Shown here: positions 6,702 to 15,541 of the stretch, one piece after another
Layout of the letters: each line of letters starts with the position of its first letter
How positions within the stretch are numbered: the stretch's first letter is position 1
The notes under the pieces: generated by a model
Databases searched by the model: none
What the model was told of the DNA's origin: nothing
What the model saw: only the letters and a program-made list of their open reading frames with translations
IMG/VR virus record: IMGVR_UViG_3300010384_000013
Direction: 5' to 3' (one strand)
Source: a virus
DNA length: 44,330 bases
Made by a program: the position numbers and the translations under genes

Positions 6702-7052
6702 ATGCGCTTGGGAGTTGTACTTTCAACTTGTCTGGTTTTCAGCTCAGCGTATGCTGGCCCGGATGATGCCGAGTGGAACCCGCCAGCACGCTATGATCAT
6801 CCCTATTATGGGAAACTGCGTATCTATCAGTTCAGCCGGCAACCGGATTTGGTGGAAGCTTGCCACGCCTTCGAGACGGAAGGGAATTACTTCGTTGGAG
6901 ACAATCAGCGCGGATGCGCTTGGTGGAGCGACGATCATTCGAAATGTATCGTCTTCATCCTCGATAAGTCATTCAATGGTCAGACCCCAAAGGCGGTTCT
7001 TCGTCATGAGATCGGGCATTGCAATGGCTGGGGAGCCAACCACCCAGATTAG
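6702..7052 (+). CDS. secreted small HExxH protein (putative Zn-metallopeptidase-like moron)
   Basis: Signal peptide MRLGVVLSTCLVFSSAYA, and LRHEIGHCNGWGANH near the C-terminus. It is on the opposite strand inside the fibre cluster and is visibly lower in GC. Confidence 0.7.
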   Translation: MRLGVVLSTCLVFSSAYAGPDDAEWNPPARYDHPYYGKLRIYQFSRQPDLVEACHAFETEGNYFVGDNQRGCAWWSDDHSKCIVFILDKSFNGQTPKAVLRHEIGHCNGWGANHPD

Positions 7053-7852
7053 CCCCAGGTTGAGGTTTCCATCACTTCGTTGACCGAGTTTGCGCCGGAA
7101 ATGGTCACGGAGACAGCCCCAGCGCTCGTTGGATTTGCGACCCCAAGCGCACACTGATACCCAGAGACATGAGAGAATTCTGTCCGCTTGGTAACCCCAG
7201 TCATTGTGATGGTCTCCACTCTGTTCCGAACGGCTCCCGCCATAAGGATTCCGTTGGAAACGGCCGTATTGTTCACCGTAAGCGAAGTGCTGGCGTTGTT
7301 GCCTCCGGTGTAGGCGCCAAGCGCAGTATTGGTTACCAATGGCGTTGAAACGACAACGACGGAGCATTGTGTCCTGATTGCGGTATTGAAGCTGATCGTG
7401 CCGCTGGTTCCCGTGGTCTTGAAGGGCGCGGATAAAGCCCCCGCAAATACTGTGGAGCCCACGCCGCCGTTTCGAAAGAAAAATCCGTAGCTCCCCCCGC
7501 CGTCCGGGCCCAGGCCGCCGACTGTCCAATTGGAGATCAAGACCTGCGATGGACTGACGGCACTAGCCTTCCCCTGCGCGAAGACGTAAACGATCAATGT
7601 CCTTCCGGTGTAGTCGAGGCCGAAATTCACGCCGGCAATGGAATGCGACGTGTCTTGGGCGGTTGGGCCAACCGTATCCATGATCTTAACGGCCGACTTG
7701 TTCGCGAAGCTCGTCGGGAACACGATGCTGCTGGACGCATCTAGGTCGGCCAGCCACCACGGCATTGGATCTGATTTCTGGAACGTATATGGCAGGCTCT
7801 TACCAAGTTCGGCGACGACATCTGCCGGTTGAGGAGTGCTACCGAGCGTCAT
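7049..7852 (-). CDS. tail fibre / receptor-binding protein candidate
   Basis: 267 aa, Gly/Thr/Ser/Val-rich. Translationally coupled to the upstream fibre gene (overlap at 7849-7852). Confidence 0.75.
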   Translation of the reverse strand: MTLGSTPQPADVVAELGKSLPYTFQKSDPMPWWLADLDASSSIVFPTSFANKSAVKIMDTVGPTAQDTSHSIAGVNFGLDYTGRTLIVYVFAQGKASAVSPSQVLISNWTVGGLGPDGGGSYGFFFRNGGVGSTVFAGALSAPFKTTGTSGTISFNTAIRTQCSVVVVSTPLVTNTALGAYTGGNNASTSLTVNNTAVSNGILMAGAVRNRVETITMTGVTKRTEFSHVSGYQCALGVANPTSAGAVSVTISGANSVNEVMETSTWG

Positions 7853-8745
7853 CCCGTCACCGTCAGCGTGCCGTTGATGGTGGTATTGCCCGCTGCCAGA
7901 GTGCTCGACAACGTAACCGCTCCCGTGACGGCGAGCGTGGACGAGAAAGAGCCGGTCGTCCCGGCTACTGTAGATGGCGTGGTCGCACCAAGCGTGCCGT
8001 TTAACGCCGCCCCCGTCAGCGTCTTGCCTGCCATCGTCGTCGGTAGCCTGGCATCTGCGACTGTGCCGGAAGCGATGTTGGAGCCATTGAGCGCGGTGAG
8101 GTTCGCGCCGGAAGCGGCGGGCAGAGTAGCCGGGAACCGGGCACCAGGTACAGTGCCAGATCCAAGATTAGATGCATTGAGCGCGGTGAGATTAGCACCC
8201 GAGACCGCTGGTAGAGTAGCAGGGAACCGCGCATCCGGGACGGTCCCGGTCGCCAGGTCGGAGGCCGAGCCGGAAAATGCGATGGCCGCCAAAGCTGCCA
8301 TGGATGGATTGATCAATACCCATGCGCCAGCCCCAGAATTCGCCGCAGTCGAATAGTACAGTAGGAAAATGCCGTTCGCCACGATATCCCCCGCCACGAG
8401 CGCGACATCGGCGGACGATCCTTGCTTGCGAATGGCCTTTGAGCCAAGGCCATTGACGTTCGCCGTCACCGCTCCCGTGTTGGTGGACGCCGCCTTGATG
8501 ACGAGGCGAAGACCTTGCTGGTAAGCGGTGAATGCCGAGTTGGCGGTAATGGTCAGGGCATTGGCCGTGCCGGTAGGCGTAAGCGCGCCGCCAAGGTCAT
8601 CCCTCAATTCAGCGATCCGCTCCATCATTACGCGGGCGGAGCCGTTCACTGTGCCGGGGAGTTGGTTCTCCAACCAATTGATATCGGCATCGGCCGTCTG
8701 GTTGTCATCGGGGGTCAGCGACCAATCGTAAATACTACCGGCCAT
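7849..8745 (-). CDS. tail fibre protein with internal 30-aa repeats
   Basis: The repeats GTVPDARFPATLPAVSGANLTALNASNLGS and GTVPGARFPATLPAASGANLTALNGSNIAS resemble the phage tail-fibre repeat. The N-terminus is conserved-looking (MAGSIYDWSLTPDDN). Confidence 0.85.
   Translation of the reverse strand: MAGSIYDWSLTPDDNQTADADINWLENQLPGTVNGSARVMMERIAELRDDLGGALTPTGTANALTITANSAFTAYQQGLRLVIKAASTNTGAVTANVNGLGSKAIRKQGSSADVALVAGDIVANGIFLLYYSTAANSGAGAWVLINPSMAALAAIAFSGSASDLATGTVPDARFPATLPAVSGANLTALNASNLGSGTVPGARFPATLPAASGANLTALNGSNIASGTVADARLPTTMAGKTLTGAALNGTLGATTPSTVAGTTGSFSSTLAVTGAVTLSSTLAAGNTTINGTLTVTG
8060..8250. repeat. 90-bp tandem repeat (2 good copies plus a degenerate flank) inside the fibre gene
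   Basis: cattgagcgcggtgag... begins at 8085 and again at 8175. The period of 90 bp equals the 30-aa protein repeat. Confidence 0.8.
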
Positions 8746-9516
8746 CTATGCCATCCTCGATTGCATGAACTGGAGAAGGTAATCACTCAGCGTCGGGCCT
8801 TGCGGCGCCTGCATCGGCTGGATTTGCGGGGCTTCCGATGGCTGCATGGCAGCGAGCGCATTGAGAAGACCGCCGCCGCCTGATGCCGCTCCATTGCCGC
8901 CGGATACGCCGCCGCCGTTCATGAGATGCATCAGCCCTTGCGGCATCTCCATCTTGCCGCCGGTGAGGCGGCTAAGGAGGCCTTGTTGTGGGGCTTGGGG
9001 CGTCTGTTGCACCGCCGCTATCGGCGCATCGTTGATAGTGCGCGATGGGAGTGGCGGAAGGTATGCTTCCTGCCCCTTTGGGCCGTCTGGCGGAACCTGG
9101 GTTGCGGCTTGCCCGAACGGCACACCGTTCGCGTTGTCGGTGAAGTAGTGGTTGCCGATCTTCAGCGCGTTGCTGGAATTGAGATTGCGCGCCCATTTCG
9201 CCGTTGAGGCGCCCGGGTTGGCATAGTAGAGCGCATCGCCGGCAACATCGGGTAGCGTGCCATTCTGAAGCTGCTCGGCAACCTGTCGGGCCTCAGGCCC
9301 AATCCTTGAGGACTGCCCTTGGAACTGGTTGCGAGCGAGCGCTTGATCCAGCAGACCGCTGCCAAAGCCGGAAAAGTTCTGGTTGGCGCGATTGCGAATG
9401 ACATCCGCCACCGCCTGAAGGCCCCGCAACCCCTCGCCGCCGGCCTCGCCCTGGAGGATCGATGCAAGCGTATCGAGTTCGCTGCCATAGCGGCTGGGTG
9501 TACCGACATAGGCCAT
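8746..9516 (-). CDS. cell-wall hydrolase, SleB/CwlJ (Hydrolase_2) family, probably virion-associated
   Basis: Motifs LQAVADVIRNR, NQFQG, ALYYANP and IGNHYF. The C-terminal third is Gln/Pro/Gly-rich. ATG 9516 is preferred over GTG 9585. Confidence 0.8.
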   Translation of the reverse strand: MAYVGTPSRYGSELDTLASILQGEAGGEGLRGLQAVADVIRNRANQNFSGFGSGLLDQALARNQFQGQSSRIGPEARQVAEQLQNGTLPDVAGDALYYANPGASTAKWARNLNSSNALKIGNHYFTDNANGVPFGQAATQVPPDGPKGQEAYLPPLPSRTINDAPIAAVQQTPQAPQQGLLSRLTGGKMEMPQGLMHLMNGGGVSGGNGAASGGGGLLNALAAMQPSEAPQIQPMQAPQGPTLSDYLLQFMQSRMA

Positions 9517-9554
9517 GAATTGCCCCGACGTGAGTTTGTGACTATGTTGAGGGG

Positions 9555-9776
9555 ATGGAGATTGAACACGACCCGGACGAGCCACCCCGAGACCGTTCTG
9601 GAATGGGGCTATATTGGGCGGTGTTCGTTTTTCTGGTCCTGCTTTGGACCGGCTATCTAGCGTTCAATGAGCCTGACTGGTGGGCGATATCGATAGGCGC
9701 CGGTTCTGGCTTGTTTCTGGCGACATGGGCTATTGAGATAACCGGCAACAAAGCGCCAAGATGGATGCGCCGCTAG
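9555..9776 (+). CDS. small 2-TM membrane protein on the opposite strand (possible moron)
   Basis: It fills the gap between two minus-strand virion genes. Sequence includes GLYWAVFVFLVLLWTGYLAF...WWAISIGAGSGLFLATWAI. The start is uncertain (9555 or 9603). Confidence 0.4.
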   Translation: MEIEHDPDEPPRDRSGMGLYWAVFVFLVLLWTGYLAFNEPDWWAISIGAGSGLFLATWAIEITGNKAPRWMRR

Positions 9777-11482
9777 CGGCCCGCTATCGCCGGGACCGCT
9801 CCTTGCCGCAAGATAGCAGCCAATAGCGCGTTGGTGACGGGATTGAGCGAGCCCGTGGCGGCTTGGTTCCCAAGATAGCTTTGCACAGGAGCGCTCATCA
9901 GCGCGCGGCCGGCAACATAAGGAGCCGCTGCGCCAGCGATTGCGCCAGGCAAGTTAGCCACGGCATAGCCGAGGCCGGCCGAGCCCAACGGGGCTCCAAG
10001 ATTGCGCACAGCCGAGCGCGCCGCCGTCCCTGAGTTCGGTAGCGGCGTCATAATCGCCTGGCCAGCCTTCGCTAGGGCGTCGAAATCGCCCTTGCCCATG
10101 GCGAACTGTCCTCGCCGCCCCGTTGTGGCGGCAATGCGAAGCTGAGCGGGCGAAATCAGGCCCAAGCCGGCATTCTCGCCGCCGCCAGTTGCTGCCCGTT
10201 GGAGCACCTTCATGTTGCCGTATTGCTGGCGAAGCGCGGACCATGCGCCGGCATCGGCTGGATTGATAGAACGCTCCATGGCGCTATCGAGCGCATCGCG
10301 AATTCCGCGAAAGGCAGCACCGAGCGTCTGATTGTTGGTGGAACTGGCTGCACGAGAGAGGTCAGAGCGGATTGCCTGGTATTCAACGCCGGGGAGCGTT
10401 CCGCCGTTGGCGTTCACCCTCTCGACTAGATCGCCAAGAATATTCTGGATGATCGGCTTCTGCTGGGTCTCAAGAAGCTTGTTGTAGCGGGAAAACGTCT
10501 TGCCGACATCCTGCGCAAGCTGCTGATCGGCAACCATGGTGTTACGCGCGGATATATCGTTGAATGCCTGCCCGAGACGATCGTTGAGGGCCGAAAGATT
10601 GTCTGGCGTGGCGCGGCCGGAAGCGCCGGCCTTTTTCATCGCGGCATCGGTGAAGGCTTCCGCCTGCTTCTCCATCATGCCGGCGGCCTTTGACCCACCA
10701 AGCTCACTCTCAGCATACCGCAAGGCATTGGATCCGGTGCGTTGCCCGGCAGTGACAGGCACACCCTCTTGCAACAGGGTGGCTACCGCCGCTTCTCGCT
10801 CAGGGGATGATACGAATGGGCTGATGAGCCGCTTGGCGCCCTCGCTTAGGCCGGCGGCGACATATGGAGCCGCGAAGCCGGTCGCAAGTCCTACTCCGCC
10901 GCCAATCAGACCGCCCTTGGCGCGGTCAGTTAATGAGCCATCCGCATTGCCGGCCCCGAGAAGACCACCATAAATTCCGCTGTCCAGAGCCGAACCGAGC
11001 GCTACGCGACCCAAAGTGCCGCCAGATCGCGCCGCATTCATGCCGAAGCCGGCACCGCCGGTTGCTGCTGCTTGTGCCAGCCCCCCGCCAATCTGGCCCG
11101 CCAGATATGAACCAGGATTGTCCGACTGTGCTTTGCTAGCGTCGGCGCGCATCTCATGCAGCACTTGCTTGCGTGGCAGGCCAGAGATGGCGGAGCCAAG
11201 ATAGGATGCCAGTTCGTCACCAAAACCGAATGTGGTTGAGTTGGCCGCGCCCATGGCGGCAGAACCGGCCATGCCATAGTTCTGTGGTGAGTACGCAGGG
11301 ACGCCCGCCGGCTGTCCGGTGCTCGGATCGATTGCCGTTTCACGGGGAGCGCCATTCCGAATGGCTTTTGCGCGCTCGATGCCCGCCTGAGCGCGCGCAG
11401 CGGCATCATCAGTCCCGCCAGCCTTGAAATCTTCCCAAGGCTTCTTGCCCTGGGACTGATACTCTTCCCACGGAAGCGGCAT
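9773..11482 (-). CDS. large Gly/Ala-rich virion internal (ejection-type) protein, hypothetical
   Basis: 569-aa ORF in the run of internal-protein genes of a podovirus-type structural module. No enzymatic motif recognised. Confidence 0.8.
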   Translation of the reverse strand: MPLPWEEYQSQGKKPWEDFKAGGTDDAAARAQAGIERAKAIRNGAPRETAIDPSTGQPAGVPAYSPQNYGMAGSAAMGAANSTTFGFGDELASYLGSAISGLPRKQVLHEMRADASKAQSDNPGSYLAGQIGGGLAQAAATGGAGFGMNAARSGGTLGRVALGSALDSGIYGGLLGAGNADGSLTDRAKGGLIGGGVGLATGFAAPYVAAGLSEGAKRLISPFVSSPEREAAVATLLQEGVPVTAGQRTGSNALRYAESELGGSKAAGMMEKQAEAFTDAAMKKAGASGRATPDNLSALNDRLGQAFNDISARNTMVADQQLAQDVGKTFSRYNKLLETQQKPIIQNILGDLVERVNANGGTLPGVEYQAIRSDLSRAASSTNNQTLGAAFRGIRDALDSAMERSINPADAGAWSALRQQYGNMKVLQRAATGGGENAGLGLISPAQLRIAATTGRRGQFAMGKGDFDALAKAGQAIMTPLPNSGTAARSAVRNLGAPLGSAGLGYAVANLPGAIAGAAAPYVAGRALMSAPVQSYLGNQAATGSLNPVTNALLAAILRQGAVPAIAGR

Positions 11483-12613
11483 TTATTGCGCCTTTTCCCA
11501 GTTGGACGGCTCGGAAGGATCGCCTCCCTTGAAGCGATAGCCATAGCGGGTCTCACCGATCTGCGGCGCGTTCTTCGGGGCATCTTGCGGTGCATCGGCC
11601 TGACGGCCTTGCATAACGCGCTTTTGCACGCCCTCCAGCTCGCTCTTGAGCCTGTCGAGCTTCTCCACCATCGACGTGTTGTTGTCGGTATAGGTCGGAA
11701 GATAGCGGAATGCATATTGCGCCGCCTCCGATGCCGGCATGCCCGCACCTGTCAACATGCGCTGGAGGCTATCGACGCCGGTCTGAATCTGCCGATAGGT
11801 TTCGGCCCCCTCATAGCTGGAATCGTTGGTTGCCCGGAAGCGGTCGATAGGACCAGTAACTTGGCCCTCGTCAACCTTCTTCCTGATGGCATCGAAATTA
11901 CCCAAGAAGGAATCCGCCAGACCGATACGGCCCGCCGCTTCGCTCGGAAGCTGCGTTGCTGGGCCGCCCGGGATCGGCACCACGCCAAGAGCCTGGTTAG
12001 CCGGGTCTTTCCACATGTAGCCGGAAGGCAGTTTCGTTCCAGTGTCGATGTTGACCTGATTGCGGCCTGCCTCCTTCATCTTGACCATGAAGTCCATCAG
12101 CGTGCCCTTGAAGCCCTGCTTCACGGCTGCATCGTATTCCTTCATGTCAGAGGTGGCGCCGCCGCCTTCGGCCTTCGCCCCGCCGATCTTGTTATATTTG
12201 CCGGTCTTCATGTCCATCATGACTTTCTGGGCATTGCCCTGATCGTCGTAGATTTCCTGCATCTGCCAGTCGGGCTGGCTTCCGGTCTTGTATTGCTTGT
12301 ACCATGCGTTGAGCGCGTCAGGATTGCCCGCAAGGAAGGCGGATTCGTCAGCGCCGACGCCCTGCTTTTGCAGCCAGGATGCCGTCTGGTTCATCACCTG
12401 TTGGTTCTTGCGCTCCTTCTGCCGGCCCATGTTGGCCTGCATCAGGGCAGCGCCCAGCGCCTGATTGCGCGGATCGATCATGGCGATGGCTGGGCCGATG
12501 CGGGACAGGAAGTCGCCAAGGCCGCCACCCTGCTGCGGTTGAGGCGCGGCTTGCTGAGGCTGTTGCGGCTGCATAGGAGGTTCGCCGCTGAGAAGCGAGA
12601 GTAGGCCAGGCAT
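11483..12613 (-). CDS. virion internal protein, hypothetical
   Basis: 376-aa ORF abutting 9773..11482. The N-terminus is Gln/Pro-rich (MQPQQPQQAAPQPQQ). Confidence 0.8.
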   Translation of the reverse strand: MPGLLSLLSGEPPMQPQQPQQAAPQPQQGGGLGDFLSRIGPAIAMIDPRNQALGAALMQANMGRQKERKNQQVMNQTASWLQKQGVGADESAFLAGNPDALNAWYKQYKTGSQPDWQMQEIYDDQGNAQKVMMDMKTGKYNKIGGAKAEGGGATSDMKEYDAAVKQGFKGTLMDFMVKMKEAGRNQVNIDTGTKLPSGYMWKDPANQALGVVPIPGGPATQLPSEAAGRIGLADSFLGNFDAIRKKVDEGQVTGPIDRFRATNDSSYEGAETYRQIQTGVDSLQRMLTGAGMPASEAAQYAFRYLPTYTDNNTSMVEKLDRLKSELEGVQKRVMQGRQADAPQDAPKNAPQIGETRYGYRFKGGDPSEPSNWEKAQ

Positions 12614-12623
12614 TCAAGCCCTC

Positions 12624-13562
12624 CTAGAGTGCACTGAACAGCGCGCCGAGCGCGCCGAAGATATTGGCCGGCTGGGTGGTCGTTGCCGTCTGGGTGCCGT
12701 AGTTCCCTGCCGACTGCGTACCCGCCGAGAGCAGGCCGCCAAGCCGCGCCCAATCCTGCATATCGGTCTGGCCCCACTGCTTGATGAGGTCGTTGAGCTG
12801 GTTCTGGCTCGCCTGATCCAGTTGATTGCCAAGGCCCATCTGCTGGTTGGCATCGTAGGTCTTGTTGTTCTGGATCGTCGGCAGGGCGTTGATCATCGAC
12901 ATGATGTTGTTGAAGCCCTGGTTTTCCAGCCCGGCGGCGTTCAACTGGTTGTTGGTGTTGTTGGCGATGTTCTGGCCCTGAGCTCCAGCAACGCCGCTCG
13001 CCGCGTTCAAACCGGTGTTGGCGCGGTTCTGCTGCGACGAGTTCAGCGCATTGGCCGCGTTCATCTGATTCTGCTGCTGCTGGTTGTAGTTCTGATAGAG
13101 CAGGTTGGACGTGTTGTTGGCGATAGAGTCGGCCAACGTCCCCTGGGCTACACCCGAACCATACCGGCCTGCCGCCGACATGGCCTGGTTGACCTGATCG
13201 GCCACCTTCTGGTTCGACTTGTCGATGATGTTGGAAAGCTCGGGCGAGCCGTTCAGCATTGAACCATTGGCATATTGCTGCAACGCGCTATCACCAGCAC
13301 CAGCGCCCTGCGACTGGTCATAGATATTCTGGAAGTTTCCGGTGCCGATCTGCCCTGTACCGCCCTGAAGCGTGTTGATCGCGTTCTGGGTTGCCGAGCC
13401 CTGCCCGCCTTGGGCCAGCGTCTGGTTGAACGCGGCGATTGGCGAGGACTGAAGCAGACTGTTCTGCTGGTTATAGGCCGTCGAGCCGGGAGTTGCCCAA
13501 TTCGGCTGTCCGGTGCTCGAATTGGTCGAGCCGGACTTGTTCTGAGTGGAGGCGTTGCCCAT
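12624..13562 (-). CDS. Gln/Asn-rich low-complexity virion protein, hypothetical
   Basis: 312 aa, dominated by Q, N, G, S and A (e.g. NYNQQQQNQMNAANALNSSQQNRANTGLNAASG). It sits in the operon with the neighbouring virion genes. Confidence 0.75.
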   Translation of the reverse strand: MGNASTQNKSGSTNSSTGQPNWATPGSTAYNQQNSLLQSSPIAAFNQTLAQGGQGSATQNAINTLQGGTGQIGTGNFQNIYDQSQGAGAGDSALQQYANGSMLNGSPELSNIIDKSNQKVADQVNQAMSAAGRYGSGVAQGTLADSIANNTSNLLYQNYNQQQQNQMNAANALNSSQQNRANTGLNAASGVAGAQGQNIANNTNNQLNAAGLENQGFNNIMSMINALPTIQNNKTYDANQQMGLGNQLDQASQNQLNDLIKQWGQTDMQDWARLGGLLSAGTQSAGNYGTQTATTTQPANIFGALGALFSAL

Positions 13563-14032
13563 TACCAGAGTCCTCCGCCGTTTTGCTGACGGTACTCCTG
13601 TGGCGGAGCATTCCGGCGCTCACCCGTCGCGGTGTTTATCCAATAGGTCGTTTGAGTGTTCGATCCGCCTCGCCCACCGCCGAGGGACTGCGACATCACC
13701 CTTTTCTCCCATCCGCCCTGAGCGGCCGGCTGCTGGGGTTGCTGCGCGTTCTGCGCGGCTTGGTCCGCAAGCTGCTGGCGCGCCCCTTGAATAGCGGGGT
13801 TGTTGAACACGCTGTCATTGGTGATCGGCGCCCCGCCGCCGGTAGCAGCCAGCAGCGAGTTCATGCCCTGAAGCGTGGTGGGCGAAAACTGTGCCTGTGT
13901 TGGACCGGAATAGACGTTGTAGCCCTTCTTCGCGTCATAGAGCTTCAACGCATCAGACGCGCCCCTGGTCAGGAGCGGCTTCGCCCAGGACGGCGGTTCG
14001 TTCTTTTGCGTTGTCTCGCTGGATTTACCCAT
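13562..14032 (-). CDS. virion protein, hypothetical
   Basis: ATG 14032 (MGKSSETTQKNEPPSWAKPLL...) overlaps the upstream stop (TGATG). The longer ORF-track N-terminus looks non-coding. Confidence 0.7.
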   Translation of the reverse strand: MGKSSETTQKNEPPSWAKPLLTRGASDALKLYDAKKGYNVYSGPTQAQFSPTTLQGMNSLLAATGGGAPITNDSVFNNPAIQGARQQLADQAAQNAQQPQQPAAQGGWEKRVMSQSLGGGRGGSNTQTTYWINTATGERRNAPPQEYRQQNGGGLW

Positions 14033-14469
14033 CAGAGCCTCTTTTCGTAAACGACTGCCGTGGGCTGATAGCCGCATGGCAGCAAATGCGCCGTCCAACC
14101 GCTGGTTGCCTTACCCGTTGAGCGCCCGATAAGCTTCGATGTCTCGGCGCCCTGTTCCCTTGCCCAAGCCTCGATTTCAGCGAGGAGAGGCATGCACTTC
14201 CTGAGCTTTGAGCCGCCGACTTCAGCTAGCAGGAGCTGCTTCTTGCCTGTGGCATTAGTGGTGACAATTTCCGTGATCGGCGCCAGGACGACGCGACCGT
14301 TTTCGATGCATATCCAGAGCTGGCGCTTTCCTTGAGCGCATTCCGCGATGATGTTTTCGACGGTTTCGTCTGGGAACTTGGCGCAGTATGTTTCCAGGCA
14401 GCGCACGATGTCGGGCCAGTATGGCTGCATCTCCTCCGCGCTCATGCCGGAAGTCAGGCGGATTTCCAT
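14032..14469 (-). CDS. hypothetical protein (structural operon)
   Basis: ATG 14469 (MEIRLTSGMSAEEMQPYWPDI...) overlaps the HNH gene stop (TAATG). 145 aa. Confidence 0.7.
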   Translation of the reverse strand: MEIRLTSGMSAEEMQPYWPDIVRCLETYCAKFPDETVENIIAECAQGKRQLWICIENGRVVLAPITEIVTTNATGKKQLLLAEVGGSKLRKCMPLLAEIEAWAREQGAETSKLIGRSTGKATSGWTAHLLPCGYQPTAVVYEKRL

Positions 14470-14996
14470 TAGGCCGCGCTGCTGTCGAACCATGCCACGA
14501 ACCGAGGCACTGGCTGAAACGTGTGATACTTGGCTTTCCCGGCTAGATAGAGCTGATATGCTTCTTCTGGCGTCTTGCGGTAGCCGAGGCTGATTTCGCG
14601 CCTATTGACTGTTATTCGCGCCTGCCAAGAGTTGCAGTTGGCATGCCATTTTACGCCCGGATACCCACTCGTATTGTTCTTCCGCTTACGAAGGTTCTGG
14701 CTGTTCTCCGCAACGGTCGCTTCCCTCAGGTTTTCGATACGGTTGTCGTCGGGAACGCCGTTGATGTGATCAATGCAGGCTTTCGGCCATTCGCCATAGA
14801 CATACAGCCATGCAAGCCGATGCTCGGCCACATGCTTATTGCGCTTCAGGCAGATTTGTCGGTAGCCCTTACTGTCATAATATCCGGCCCTATCTCCCTT
14901 GCGGCATCCGACTCTTGATTTTGCCCATGAAAAAACCCCGGTTGAAGGGTCATAATCAAGTAGCTCTTTTGCTAATTCTTGTGTAATTTCAATCAC
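14469..14996 (-). CDS. HNH homing endonuclease with AP2-type DNA-binding domain
   Basis: AEHRLAWLYVYGEWPKACIDHINGVPDDNRIENLREAT (HNH_3 pattern), followed by SGYPGVKWHANCNSWQARITVNRREISLGY (AP2 pattern). Locally lower GC. Paralog of 31342..31941. Confidence 0.85.
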   Translation of the reverse strand: MIEITQELAKELLDYDPSTGVFSWAKSRVGCRKGDRAGYYDSKGYRQICLKRNKHVAEHRLAWLYVYGEWPKACIDHINGVPDDNRIENLREATVAENSQNLRKRKNNTSGYPGVKWHANCNSWQARITVNRREISLGYRKTPEEAYQLYLAGKAKYHTFQPVPRFVAWFDSSAA

Positions 14997-14999
14997 TTA

Positions 15000-15344
15000 T
15001 CACCCGCTCCGACCAGGGACTTCCGCCACCGAAACGATCACATCGATTGCGCTGGCAAAGCTGGCTTGCACCCTGATTTCGTCATCCACCTTCAGTGCGA
15101 ATGCCTCAAGGGGAAGCCAGACCGCGCTATTTGCCGGTACGTTGTGCTGATAGATCAGGCGATAGGCGCTGTTGTCTGCATCGCTGAACCATCCGACAGT
15201 GGCCGTTCGATCCGTGCCGGTAATGTTAGCCAGCCGCACGCCGACAACCTGGGTATAGCCGGTCGCCGTGAAAACCGTCGTATCGTTCGTCGTGGTGAGG
15301 TGCGCCCCGACAAGGCGGGTGTTGTTGGCGACGTAATTGCTCAT
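15000..15344 (-). CDS. hypothetical virion protein
   Basis: 114-aa ORF, coupled to 15341..15541. Confidence 0.7.
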   Translation of the reverse strand: MSNYVANNTRLVGAHLTTTNDTTVFTATGYTQVVGVRLANITGTDRTATVGWFSDADNSAYRLIYQHNVPANSAVWLPLEAFALKVDDEIRVQASFASAIDVIVSVAEVPGRSG

Positions 15345-15541
15345 CGGGAAACCGGATGGCGGATGAAGCCAACAGGGTCTGGTTTCTGACGCGCCATGAC
15401 CTTGTTACCGTTCGCGTCGAGCACGCCAGTGTCGACCAGTTCGTAATCCTCGTAGACCGTTCGCCCCAGATAGTTCTCTCCGTCAGGATTGGCGTCGATA
15501 TCAGCTAAGCGTGGCCGCATGCGAACATATTCCCCCATCAC
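15341..15541 (-). CDS. hypothetical protein
   Basis: 66-aa ORF. Its start overlaps the stop of 15538..17010. Confidence 0.6.
   Translation of the reverse strand: MMGEYVRMRPRLADIDANPDGENYLGRTVYEDYELVDTGVLDANGNKVMARQKPDPVGFIRHPVSR

Noticed and set aside
8060-8250. Possible CRISPR-like or satellite array
   Set aside because: There are only two good 90-bp copies, they are in frame, and they encode the 30-aa tail-fibre repeat. There are no spacers or cas genes.
11486-12604. 372-aa plus-strand ORF exactly antisense to the 376-aa virion gene
   Set aside because: Arg/Leu/His-rich, low-complexity translation typical of antisense frames in high-GC DNA. The minus-strand frame has protein-like composition and operon coupling.
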